This document shows, piece after piece, positions 8,094-17,093 of a stretch of 64,000 nucleotides of DNA. The stretch lies in IMG/VR virus record IMGVR_UViG_3300036835_000437, one strand, 5' to 3'. Source of the DNA: an uncultured virus (IMG/VR IMGVR_UViG_3300036835_000437). Its lineage: Duplodnaviria; Heunggongvirae; Uroviricota; Caudoviricetes. The notes beneath the pieces were generated by a model. The model saw only the letters and a program-made list of their open reading frames with translations. It searched no databases and was not told the origin of the DNA. Made by a program: the position numbers and the translations under genes. Within the stretch, counting starts at the first letter, position 1; each line of letters begins with the position of its first letter.

Positions 8094-8438
8094 TCAGTGG
8101 TCGTGCCCAAAGAGCTTCTTCATCGCGTTGTTCCACTTGGCGTGCGCTGCCTTGAGCGCCGCGCTGGGCTCGCGCCCGGCAATGCGCAGATCGGCCATCA
8201 GTTGATCGACAAACACCGTCCCGGTGTTGAGTGCAGTGCTCAATAAGCTGATCCGCTCGACATGCTGCGCCAAGGTCTGGCTCATGAACTTGTAAGCCAT
8301 CTCCCGGCGCTTCAGCTCCTCCTCCAATCCGGCGATCTTGCCGGCGGCAGCATATAGCTCCTGCTCCAGCTGTTTGACCTTGAAAGCGTGCTCCCGCGTC
8401 AGGTCCTCGATGTCCTGGCCGTGATCATCATCGGCCAC
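8094..8438 (-). CDS. Hypothetical coiled-coil protein
   Basis: GGAGG RBS; overlaps 8428..8646. Confidence 0.6.
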   Translation of the reverse strand: MADDDHGQDIEDLTREHAFKVKQLEQELYAAAGKIAGLEEELKRREMAYKFMSQTLAQHVERISLLSTALNTGTVFVDQLMADLRIAGREPSAALKAAHAKWNNAMKKLFGHDH

Positions 8439-8646
8439 GAACAGCCTCCATCGCCCGCTTCCAGGCCTCGTGCGCCGTGCTCAACCCCGGTGACAGCGGC
8501 TGCCCATCCGGTAACCACGCCAGCAGCGCCTCGATCAGCTGGCAGGAACGGTCGAGCGCGTGGATCACCAGCGCCGCATCGCGCCGGCACGACTGTAGCT
8601 CGGCCTCCAGCCGCCTGACCTCACTCCAAGGATCACCGTCGTCCAT
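8428..8646 (-). CDS. Hypothetical protein, probable paralogue of 8094..8438
   Basis: Shared C-terminal AHxxWxxAM pattern. Confidence 0.55.
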   Translation of the reverse strand: MDDGDPWSEVRRLEAELQSCRRDAALVIHALDRSCQLIEALLAWLPDGQPLSPGLSTAHEAWKRAMEAVRGR

Positions 8647-8684
8647 CGAATCACCTAAGCTCAGCCAGGAACGGCGTTAGCATG

Positions 8685-8714
8685 TTGCGCAGCGTTATAC
8701 AAACGATATACACT
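8685..8714 (+). promoter_or_regulatory. Sigma70-type promoter TTGCGC-N18-TACACT upstream of the RHH/acb2-like/terL operon
   Basis: Same hexamers as the 6971-6999 promoter; 14 nt before ATG 8729. Confidence 0.5.
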
Positions 8715-8728
8715 CGCGGGAACGAATC

Positions 8729-8947
8729 ATGAGTGTACAAGTGGCCAAACGCACACTTTCGCGGCCAGAGGGAATGCCACCCCTGCCCGGACGACGCACC
8801 ACCGGGATTATGGTGCGCGTGACCGATGCTGAGCACCGGGCATTCGGTCGCCGAGCCTCGATGTCCGGCCTCTCCACTTCGGCCTGGATCAGAATGGTCG
8901 CTCTGCGGCAGATCGCACGCGACGAGCTGGAGGAGAAAGACAAGTGA
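8729..8947 (+). CDS. Ribbon-helix-helix DNA-binding protein
   Basis: IMVRVTDAEHRAFGRRASMSGLSTSAWIRMVAL matches the RHH (MobC/CopG-like) pattern. Confidence 0.65.
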   Translation: MSVQVAKRTLSRPEGMPPLPGRRTTGIMVRVTDAEHRAFGRRASMSGLSTSAWIRMVALRQIARDELEEKDK

Positions 8948-9240
8948 GCTTGCACGACACTACGTTCGGCTATCTCAATCCGACTGCAGATCAGAAGGAT
9001 CGCATGGTGATCGTACGCAGCGCCGCTGCGGACTACGCCAAGACGCTGGAGCGCGAGCTGCCCGATGGTCCCGACAAGACCTACATCCTGCGCACGCTGC
9101 GCACGGTGGCGATGTGGGCCAATGTGACGATCACGCGCCACCCGGACGGCTCGCCGCGCGACCATGAGCCCGATCCCGTTGTGAAAGAGTATCCGATGGA
9201 CCATCCGGCGCCCGGTGACCTCGGGAGCGTGCCGCTTTGA
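8944..9240 (+). CDS. Acb2/Tad1-like hairpin protein (candidate signalling-nucleotide sponge)
   Basis: TFGYLNPTADQ..RM..VR......A..L...LPDGPDK...LRTLRTVAMWANVTITRH resembles the F.YH.P...Q....R...P..REK.LA.TKLEE..MWAN.AIAR family pattern. Confidence 0.6.
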   Translation: MSLHDTTFGYLNPTADQKDRMVIVRSAAADYAKTLERELPDGPDKTYILRTLRTVAMWANVTITRHPDGSPRDHEPDPVVKEYPMDHPAPGDLGSVPL

Positions 9241-10940
9241 CCAAGGCTGCCAACAGCTTTCCGATTACTGAGGCGCAGGCGCTTGAGACGCTCAAGTCGC
9301 TCAAGGCTGAGATCGCCAAACGCGCTAACCGCAAAGCCCAGGCCAAAGCCGGTGGGCTGATCGAGTTCGTGCGCTACTTCTGGAGCATCCTGGAGCCGGA
9401 AACCAAGCTGGTCGAAGGCTGGCTGCTGTACGCGATCTGCGACCACCTGGAAGCGGTCACCTTCGGGAAGATCACGCGCCTCCTCATCAACGTGCCCCCA
9501 GGCAGCATGAAGAGTCTCATGGTCAACGTGTTCTGGCCGGCGTGGGAGTGGTCGGCCATGGACATGCCGCACCTGCGCTACGTGAGCTTCTCGTACTCGT
9601 CGGGCCTGACCGAGCGTGACAATACCAAGTTCCGCAAGCTGATCATGAGTGAAAGGTTCAAGGAGCTGTGGGGTGAAAGGTTCAACCTGGAGAAGGAAGG
9701 TGAGATCAAGATCACCAACGACAAGACGGGGTCGAAGTTCGCGTCGTCGGTCAAAGGTATCGGAACCGGAGAGCGTGGAGATCGCGTGGTCATCGATGAC
9801 CCTCACGATGTTCATAAGAGTGAATCAGACGTGGTTCGAACTGACACGGTGCGATGGTTTAGAGAGACAATCACGGACAGACTTAACAACCTTGACGAGT
9901 CTGCCATCATCATCATCATGCAGCGCGTTCATCAGAGCGATATCTCTGGATTCATTCTTGAGCAGGGCTGGCTCTACTGCCACCTCATGGTGCCGATGGA
10001 GTTCGAAGCCGGACGGGAGCCCTACAACCCCCTCGGTTGGAAGGACCCGCGCACCGAGGACGGCGACCTCGCGTGGCCAGAGCGCTTCTCGCCCGAAGCC
10101 GTCGCCAACATCGAGCGCGAGAAAGGAAGCTTCGCCTACGCCGGGCAGTACCAGCAGCGCCCCTCCCCCCGAGGCGGAGGGATAATCCAGCGCAACTGGT
10201 GGCGGCCCTACACCGAAGCCGAATGCGGCAAGTTCGGCGTGCCCTGGCCCAAGTTTCCCATCATGTCCTACACGGTGCTCTCTTTGGACACCGCGCAGAC
10301 CGAGAAGAAGCAGAACGACCCTACGGCGGGCGTGGTGCTCGGGGTTTGCCGCGACATCTGGGAGAACCGACGACTAATCCTTATGTGGGCCTGGGCCGAG
10401 CGCCTGGAGCTGTACGAGCTGGTCAAGAAGATCGAGGAGACCGCCAAGAAGTTCAAGATCGACCGGGTGCTGATCGAGGACAAGGCCTCTGGCCACCCGG
10501 TGGCGCAGGAGCTGCGCCGTCGCGGGCGGGTGATCAGCGACACGCTCAGCCACAACCCAAAGACCGCCGACCGCGCTGACTTCGGCGTGACGCTCGTTAC
10601 ACCGGAAGGCGACCACGTCGCGCGCGCCTACGCCCAGCAGAACCTGTTTGAGTGTGGAATGATCTACGCCCCGGCCGAAGCAACGGGGATGGGCGACTTC
10701 CTGTTCAAGGACTGGGCCGATCGCGTGATCAACGAACTCGCCGATATGCCCAAGGGCACCCACGATGATCTTGCGGATGCCATGACCCAGGCGCTCGCCC
10801 ACATGCGCGCGCTCGGGCTCGCGACCCTCCCCGATGAGGACGAGCTGGATGACATCGAGGAGAAGAAGTATCGGCCGGCACCGGCCCCCATGTACCCCGC
10901 CTTCGGCGGCGGATTGACCATACCAACAGGGTTGCGTTGA
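9237..10940 (+). CDS. terL: Terminase large subunit
   Basis: Walker A-like LLINVPPGSMKS, Walker B VVIDDPH, MQRVH, RNase H-like LSLDTA, IEDKASG and HDDLADA. Confidence 0.95.
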   Translation: MTKAANSFPITEAQALETLKSLKAEIAKRANRKAQAKAGGLIEFVRYFWSILEPETKLVEGWLLYAICDHLEAVTFGKITRLLINVPPGSMKSLMVNVFWPAWEWSAMDMPHLRYVSFSYSSGLTERDNTKFRKLIMSERFKELWGERFNLEKEGEIKITNDKTGSKFASSVKGIGTGERGDRVVIDDPHDVHKSESDVVRTDTVRWFRETITDRLNNLDESAIIIIMQRVHQSDISGFILEQGWLYCHLMVPMEFEAGREPYNPLGWKDPRTEDGDLAWPERFSPEAVANIEREKGSFAYAGQYQQRPSPRGGGIIQRNWWRPYTEAECGKFGVPWPKFPIMSYTVLSLDTAQTEKKQNDPTAGVVLGVCRDIWENRRLILMWAWAERLELYELVKKIEETAKKFKIDRVLIEDKASGHPVAQELRRRGRVISDTLSHNPKTADRADFGVTLVTPEGDHVARAYAQQNLFECGMIYAPAEATGMGDFLFKDWADRVINELADMPKGTHDDLADAMTQALAHMRALGLATLPDEDELDDIEEKKYRPAPAPMYPAFGGGLTIPTGLR

Positions 10941-10947
10941 GGAACGA

Positions 10948-11271
10948 GTGATGATTGCCGATATTCGTGATACTGATGAAGCTGACTTTCTGCTGCACTG
11001 GTCGGAACGGGTCTGGGATCACTTGCAGCTCACCCACATCAAGGAACTGCAATCCAAGTTGGAGGAATACGCCCTCACGGCGTGGCGGCCGATGAACATC
11101 CCGCCGCCAACCGACATCCTGCTGATCACGACCTGCGATGAGGGCGTCGTGCTGATGGTGCAGAACCAGTTCCACGAGTGGCGTAGCTCGGACGGCAAGC
11201 CGCACAAGCCGCCGCGCGCCTGGATGCCCTGCCCGCCACCCTCGCCACGCAACGGCAAAGCACGCTCCTAG
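10948..11271 (+). CDS. Hypothetical protein (WRPM...WMPCPPP, DUF551-like ending)
   Basis: GAGGA RBS; terminal W-M-P-x-P-x-P motif. Confidence 0.55.
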   Translation: MMIADIRDTDEADFLLHWSERVWDHLQLTHIKELQSKLEEYALTAWRPMNIPPPTDILLITTCDEGVVLMVQNQFHEWRSSDGKPHKPPRAWMPCPPPSPRNGKARS

Positions 11272-11330
11272 CGAATCGCTGCGATTACGCTAGACTGCCG
11301 GCCTCCTGGGGTAGCAACCGGGGCTGGCCG

Positions 11331-11693
11331 ATGCTGATTCTTTCCTCCACCACCGACGCTCTGCAGGTGTTCACCGGCAATGCCGGCTCCATCGATGTGC
11401 ACGCTAGCTGGATGGACAACGTCTCGGGCGCAGTGCAGCCCGGAAGGACCAATACCCCGACGATTACGACTGCCACCACCACGACGGTGGTCCCCTCGCC
11501 CGCCGCCAGCATCCAGCGCAACCTCAAGACGCTGCATATCCGTAATCGCGGCACTGGCCCGAGCGATGTCGGGGTGATCCACACCGATGGCACCACCCCG
11601 GTGTTCCTGAACCGGGTCTCGCTGCCCGCCGGTTACACCCTGGAATATGTCGATGAAGTCGGCTTCCTCCCGGTCATGGCGGGATTGATATGA
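11331..11693 (+). CDS. Virion beta-rich protein, paralogous to the N-terminus of the next gene
   Basis: MLILSSTTDALQV...PGRTNT...QRNLKTLHI...HTDGTT...LEY repeats in 11690..12613. Confidence 0.7.
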   Translation: MLILSSTTDALQVFTGNAGSIDVHASWMDNVSGAVQPGRTNTPTITTATTTTVVPSPAASIQRNLKTLHIRNRGTGPSDVGVIHTDGTTPVFLNRVSLPAGYTLEYVDEVGFLPVMAGLI

Positions 11694-12613
11694 TCCTCCT
11701 TACCTCGGTCAACGATCGGCTCCAGGTCGTCGCCAGCGCGGCCGGTGCCCTCCACTGCCACACCACCTGGGTTGATACCGCCGCAGCGGTGATCACGCCC
11801 GGCCGTGCCAACACCGTGATCAGTGCGGCGGCCACCGTCAGCGTCGCCGGCACACCCCCGGCGTCGACCCAGCGCAACATCAAGACGCTCCATATCCACA
11901 ACGTCACCGGCACGGGAGTGCCCACCAACGTCACGGTGCAGCACACCGACGGTACCACCACCGTCCAGCTCTATAAGTGCTCGCTACTGCCCGGAGATTC
12001 ACTCGAATACACCGACCAGGGCGGGTTCTCGCTCGGCGGCTCGGCCGCCACCGGCTGGACGACCGGCGACATCCGCGTGACCTTAAACAACTTCGTCCCC
12101 GCCGGCTGGATTCTCATGACCATCGACGGGTCGATTGGTGATGCTACGTCTGGCGCCACCAATCGAGCCAACGCCGACACCAGGGCGCTGTTCAAGCTGC
12201 TCTATGGCGCCATCGTCCCCGCTCTGGTGTTGCAGGACAGCGCGGGCGTTACCGTCACGCGTGGCGCTTCGGCGGATGCCGACTTTGATGCCCACCGCCG
12301 GCTGATGACGCCGAAGCTGGCTGGCCGTGCCCTAGCTGGTGCGGGGAACGGCACCGGGCTGACCAGTCGCGCCCTTGGCGCTGTGGTCGGCGGCGAGACC
12401 GTGAGCCAGGACTACAACACCATGGCGCAACACACCCATCTCCCCTCTGGTGTGGTCAGCAACTTTATTGGGCTAGCCACCGTTGCCGAGAATAACTGGG
12501 AGCCATCCGGCAGTTCGCACTTCGCCTCGTGCGGTGTGGAATATGCTGGCCTCTCTCAGCCGATGAACAACATGCAGCCGACGACCTTCGTGGCCCTGAT
12601 GATGAAGCTCTAG
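11690..12613 (+). CDS. Tail-collar-domain fibre protein
   Basis: TGDIR...PAGWI...ALF..LY...GRALAGAG...GGET...HTH...NNMQPT...MMKL tail-collar signature. Confidence 0.75.
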   Translation: MILLTSVNDRLQVVASAAGALHCHTTWVDTAAAVITPGRANTVISAAATVSVAGTPPASTQRNIKTLHIHNVTGTGVPTNVTVQHTDGTTTVQLYKCSLLPGDSLEYTDQGGFSLGGSAATGWTTGDIRVTLNNFVPAGWILMTIDGSIGDATSGATNRANADTRALFKLLYGAIVPALVLQDSAGVTVTRGASADADFDAHRRLMTPKLAGRALAGAGNGTGLTSRALGAVVGGETVSQDYNTMAQHTHLPSGVVSNFIGLATVAENNWEPSGSSHFASCGVEYAGLSQPMNNMQPTTFVALMMKL

Positions 12614-12621
12614 AGGCACCC

Positions 12622-12936
12622 ATGGGCGAGTTCCACCACCATCCCGACGGCTATATCTACGTCCGCCCCGACAATCCTACCAAAGACAACACCTACGGCG
12701 ATACGCTCGCCAACTTCGCCACCGATTACGGGCAGCCGGCGCCGGCTCTGCCCGCTGGGGTGACCGAGCAGATATACACCCAAGGGGTGAGACACGCTTA
12801 CAACAACGGTGGCAACACCGTCGGCGGCGGCCCGATGCCATGGGCCTGGGCCGATACCGCCATCACTGCCGTGGCCACCATATTGGCGAACCAACAGGCG
12901 CGGCGCGCAGCCACGCCACCACCACCCATTCCGTAG
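12622..12936 (+). CDS. Hypothetical protein (possible fibre assembly partner)
   Basis: GAGG RBS; follows the fibre gene. Confidence 0.55.
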   Translation: MGEFHHHPDGYIYVRPDNPTKDNTYGDTLANFATDYGQPAPALPAGVTEQIYTQGVRHAYNNGGNTVGGGPMPWAWADTAITAVATILANQQARRAATPPPPIP

Positions 12937-12944
12937 GACACAGA

Positions 12945-15221
12945 ATGGCAGACGGTGTCGCCCAGACCGACCACTACATCAACGAGAGCGACTACTACCG
13001 TAATCTCGCCCGCAACCTTGAGGTCGACAGCGGCGGCCAGGAGGGGGCGGAAGATGACCTGACGGTGGTCATCCAGGAGGATGCCGACAAGCCGGTCGAA
13101 CAGGTGGGGATCGAGCGCGCCGACGGCGCACTGATCATCCGTCTGGACGGCAAGCCCTTCGTGCGCGAGCCCAAGGTCGCCGCCAAGGAGCACGACGCCA
13201 ACCTCGCCGAGTTCGTTGACGAGATCGAGCTGGCACGCATATGCGACGAACTGCTCAACGGCATCGACAGCGACCTGCAAACACGCCTTGAGTGGCTGGA
13301 GCGGCGTGCCGCCGGCATCAAGCACCTTGCCCTGAAGATCGAGAACCCGAGATCGCCCTCCGCCGACGCCGATACGGCGGTGGAAGGGCAGGCCACCATA
13401 CGAACCCCGATCATGCTGGACGCGGTGTTGCGCTTCCAGGCCAACGCCAGAGGGGAGCTGCTCCCGGCCGGCGGCCCGGTGAAGATGCGCAACGACAGCA
13501 TGCCGAAGACGCCCCATCGCGACTTCATGGAGCAGCAGATGCAGGTCCCGCGCGAGCAGCGCGGTGACGATCGGGACATCCAGGCCGATGCCCTGGAGAT
13601 GCTCTTCAACAGGTACCTGACCGAGGTGGACAAAGAGTACTACCCCGACACGACCAGAATGTTCTTCATGCAAGGCTATGGCGGCTGCGGCTTCAAGAAG
13701 GTCTACCGCTGTCCCATCCGACGAAGACCGGTGTCACGCTCGGTCGACGCTGCAGATATTATAGTGTCGGACAACGAGGTCTCGCTGCACGAATGCGGGC
13801 GCGTCACGCATCGTATCGAGATGCGACAGAGCGTGATGCGGCGCATGCAGCTCGCCGGCACGTATGTCGATGTCGACCTGACCAATCCGGTCGGCCCGAG
13901 CCCCGACGCCATGGAGCAGGCTGAGCATGACGTGGCGGGGATCGCAGCCTGGAGCCAGCGTCCGCAGGATTACAAGCACATCGTCTACGAGACGTACTGC
14001 GAGCTGGACATCGCCGGCTTCGAGCACACCGAGAAGGGCAAGATCACTGGTCTCCCCCTGCCCTACCGCGTCAGCATCGACAAGGACTCTCAGACCGTTC
14101 TGGAGATACGAAGGAACTGGGCCGAGGACGACGACCGCTACATCAAGCACATGCCGATCGTGAAGTACCCGTTCGTGGACGGGCTCGGCTTCTACGGCAT
14201 CGGGCTCTTACACATTATGGGCAACGCGACCGCCGCGATCACCACTGCGTGGCGGCTTGCCCTGGACAGCGCTGGTTTCGCGTCCTGGCCGGGCTTCCTC
14301 TACTCAGAGACTGTCGGGCGGCAGGACACCATGACGTTCCGGGTCGGTCTCGGGGCTGGCGTAAGAGTGCAGACCGGCGGCCAGCCGATCGGCAACCACA
14401 TCTTGGACCTGCCGTACAAGGACGTGACGGCGGGGCTTGTCCAGGTCACTCAGCACATCGAGGAGGAGGCGCGCCGCGTCGGGGGTACACCCGAGCTGAT
14501 GGTCGGCGAAGGCCGGCAGGACGTGCCCGTTGGCACGACCATCGCGATGCTTGATCAGGCGGTGAAGGTACTCGATAGCGTTCATAAGGGGATGCACATC
14601 TCGCAGTCCGAGGAGTTCGGGCTGCTACGTGAACTCTTCAAAGAGGACCCCGACGCTCTCCTGTGTGCGGACCAGCGCGACGGCGCGATCTGGCAGTGGC
14701 AGCGCGAGGACCTGATACGCGCGCTCAACGACTGTAACCTGACGCCGCAGGCCGACCCGAATACCCCGTCACACACTATAAGAGTGATGAAGGCTGTCGC
14801 CCTCGTCCAGCTGGTGCAGCTCAACCCGAGCATGTTCGATCTTCATGCTGTCGTGCGTAGGGTTTCCACCATGGTCGGCCTGGGCAACATCGATGAGCTG
14901 TTCGCTCCGCCCCAGTCTCAGCAAGACCCCAAGACCGCCGGCAAGATCGCCGAGCTGCAGCAGAAGGCGTCGAAGATGGCGGCCGACGAGCGCGACAGCG
15001 TCAGGAAAGCCGCGCTGCAACAGCTGGAGCTGCAGCTCAAGGCGCTGGTCGAGAGCGCGACCATCCAGGACAACGCGGCGGAGCGGCAGTCGCGCGAGCG
15101 GATCGAGGGCGCCAAGCTAAGTCAGAAGCGCATGGAGCTGGCGCAATCCACCTTGGTTCACCCGACATCCGCTCCCGTCGCTCAAGTCTGGCCAGGAATG
15201 CCCGGTCAGAGGATAATCTAG
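12945..15221 (+). CDS. Portal protein
   Basis: About 758 aa between terL and the capsid genes; FQANARGELLPAGGPVK, GCGFKKVY, GFYGIGL, PVGTTIAML...VHK motifs typical of P22/N4-like portals. Confidence 0.9.
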   Translation: MADGVAQTDHYINESDYYRNLARNLEVDSGGQEGAEDDLTVVIQEDADKPVEQVGIERADGALIIRLDGKPFVREPKVAAKEHDANLAEFVDEIELARICDELLNGIDSDLQTRLEWLERRAAGIKHLALKIENPRSPSADADTAVEGQATIRTPIMLDAVLRFQANARGELLPAGGPVKMRNDSMPKTPHRDFMEQQMQVPREQRGDDRDIQADALEMLFNRYLTEVDKEYYPDTTRMFFMQGYGGCGFKKVYRCPIRRRPVSRSVDAADIIVSDNEVSLHECGRVTHRIEMRQSVMRRMQLAGTYVDVDLTNPVGPSPDAMEQAEHDVAGIAAWSQRPQDYKHIVYETYCELDIAGFEHTEKGKITGLPLPYRVSIDKDSQTVLEIRRNWAEDDDRYIKHMPIVKYPFVDGLGFYGIGLLHIMGNATAAITTAWRLALDSAGFASWPGFLYSETVGRQDTMTFRVGLGAGVRVQTGGQPIGNHILDLPYKDVTAGLVQVTQHIEEEARRVGGTPELMVGEGRQDVPVGTTIAMLDQAVKVLDSVHKGMHISQSEEFGLLRELFKEDPDALLCADQRDGAIWQWQREDLIRALNDCNLTPQADPNTPSHTIRVMKAVALVQLVQLNPSMFDLHAVVRRVSTMVGLGNIDELFAPPQSQQDPKTAGKIAELQQKASKMAADERDSVRKAALQQLELQLKALVESATIQDNAAERQSRERIEGAKLSQKRMELAQSTLVHPTSAPVAQVWPGMPGQRII

Positions 15222-15243
15222 GCGCGAATCACAGGAGGCGCAG

Positions 15244-16323
15244 ATGGCGCACCCGTATGCAGGTCAAGCCAAGTCTTCGCAGAAGGCCCGCCTCTCGCGC
15301 CTCACCGGCAAGGCCGGCAAGAGCCACGGCTCGTCTTCGATGTACCTCAAGACTTCGTACCCCTCGGGGGCTGGCACCCAGAGGGAGTACACGATCTCTG
15401 GCGGCAAGGGGAGGTCGCGCCCCGACCGAATGGCGGCTGGCGGCAGCGTGCGGAAGCGGCGGCCACACTCGACCACCAACATCATTATATCACACGCTGG
15501 CGGCAGAGGTGGCACGGGTGGTGGCGGTGGCGCTGGTGGCCAGCCCAGTGGACCCGTTCCGGTGCCGGTACCCCGTCCCGTCCCGGTGCCGGTGGGAGCC
15601 GGTCCCGGGCCGATGGGGCCTGGAGGACCGGCTCCGGTACGCCCACCGATTGCTGGAGGCCCGATGCCGGCGCCTCCGGTACGCCCGCCGATGCCGATGG
15701 GCCCTCCCCCTGGGCCTCCGGTACGCCCTCCCGGCATGAAAGCCGGCGGTAGCGTGAAGAAGGCGGCCAATGGTGGCTTTCTGAAGGACAGCAAGGGCAA
15801 GGGCTACCCCGGCTACCCGCACTCGCCCACCTCGGAGAGCGGTGACAAGGTTTCCGCGCACAAGGCCGGCGGTGGGGTCAAGAAGCTGCAGTTCGGCGGC
15901 GCTGGCGGCATGGGCTCGGGTGCGAGCCCGGGCACGGCACAGGGCCAGGGGCTCGCGGGGCTCCTCGGCACGGTCGCGCCAGGGCGCGGTCCGATGCCAG
16001 CGCAAAGAGGCACGCCGACGCTGTCCGGTGTCGACCAAGTGCCGGCGCAGCCGCTCACCGTGCCGCAGCCCAAGTTGGCCAGCTCCTTCCTCCAGCGGCC
16101 GGCGCCCGGGACTACCACCACCTTTAACAAGGGCGGAGCGGTGAAGACTCCCGTCACCAACGCCACGGGAGGTGGCGCTGGCGGTAAGGCCCGCAAGGCC
16201 AAGACCAGCGCGGCCAAGGGCGTCAAAGGTGAGGGCGGCTCGCCCAGCCCAGGCTTTAATCCGGCGCCGCGCGGCATGAAGGGCGCGAGCGCTTACCGCC
16301 AGTGGGGCAAAGGAGTGACCTGA
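15244..16323 (+). CDS. Gly/Pro/Lys-rich protein with repeated xxxGGxV motifs (putative head-internal protein)
   Basis: GGAGG RBS; MAAGGSV, MKAGGSVKK, HKAGGGVKK, FNKGGAVK. Confidence 0.7.
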   Translation: MAHPYAGQAKSSQKARLSRLTGKAGKSHGSSSMYLKTSYPSGAGTQREYTISGGKGRSRPDRMAAGGSVRKRRPHSTTNIIISHAGGRGGTGGGGGAGGQPSGPVPVPVPRPVPVPVGAGPGPMGPGGPAPVRPPIAGGPMPAPPVRPPMPMGPPPGPPVRPPGMKAGGSVKKAANGGFLKDSKGKGYPGYPHSPTSESGDKVSAHKAGGGVKKLQFGGAGGMGSGASPGTAQGQGLAGLLGTVAPGRGPMPAQRGTPTLSGVDQVPAQPLTVPQPKLASSFLQRPAPGTTTTFNKGGAVKTPVTNATGGGAGGKARKAKTSAAKGVKGEGGSPSPGFNPAPRGMKGASAYRQWGKGVT

Positions 16324-16569
16324 TTGGAAGGTCTCGACAGCGCGTTCGCGGCGGCGCTCCACCGTTGGCTGGTGCGTGAGATCAACGGCGACAGCGAGTA
16401 TGCGGGCCAGCTGCGCTCGCTCTATAGCGCACCCGATTGGGATACGGTGTGCCGGACCAAGGGCATCATCTATGCTTATGACCAAGTCATAAAGCAGATG
16501 GAGCTGATCGCCCGCGAGATGAACGAGCCGCGCGAGCGGCCACAGTATGTCATGGGGAGGCCAAACTGA
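16324..16569 (+). CDS. Hypothetical head-module protein
   Basis: Short helical ORF between the portal region and the GroES-like gene. Confidence 0.6.
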   Translation: MEGLDSAFAAALHRWLVREINGDSEYAGQLRSLYSAPDWDTVCRTKGIIYAYDQVIKQMELIAREMNEPRERPQYVMGRPN

Positions 16570-16628
16570 CCGCTGTTCCGATCATCGGTGCCACCAGTGC
16601 CGTCCCGAGGCTCTCTTCGCTTGCGACT

Positions 16629-17066
16629 ATGCACCAGGGGCCGATGCCGCCCTGGCGCACCGACGAAGAGAAAGAAGACTACAAGCTCGATCCCAAGGGC
16701 TTCCTCCTCGATCGCTGGGCGCTGCTCGAAGACAATATCGAGGCGTTCCACAACTGGGTGATCACCGCGACCTACTTCCTGCCCGATTACCTGGAGACGG
16801 CAGGCGGCCACAAGCTCTACCTGCCCGACAAGACCCACGACGAGGCGCTCTGGCAGGGGAAGGTCGGTCTGGTGGTCGCCAAGGGGCCTCTCGCCTTCAA
16901 GAACGACGCCCATGTCGACTTCCACGGTCAGGACGTCGAGGTCGGTGACTGGGTGATGTACGACATTATGGAAGGGCGTCAGTTCACCATCGAGCGGTTG
17001 CACTGTCGAAGGTTAAAGGACCTGCAGATCGTCGCTCGCATCAAGGACCCAAGGTTAATCTATTAG
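16629..17066 (+). CDS. GroES/Cpn10-like co-chaperonin
   Basis: GHKLYLPDKT...GKVGLVVAKGPLAF...VEVGDWVMY...G......LKDLQIVA; may start at CTG 16566. Confidence 0.75.
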   Translation: MHQGPMPPWRTDEEKEDYKLDPKGFLLDRWALLEDNIEAFHNWVITATYFLPDYLETAGGHKLYLPDKTHDEALWQGKVGLVVAKGPLAFKNDAHVDFHGQDVEVGDWVMYDIMEGRQFTIERLHCRRLKDLQIVARIKDPRLIY

Positions 17067-17093
17067 CGCCAACGCATTGGCGTGGAGGCATCT

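Noticed and set aside
12840..12944. Upstream extensions of ORF-track calls (portal 12840, adaptor 21830, nozzle 28387, helicase 60362)
   Set aside because: They overlap other genes; downstream starts have an RBS or stop-start coupling.
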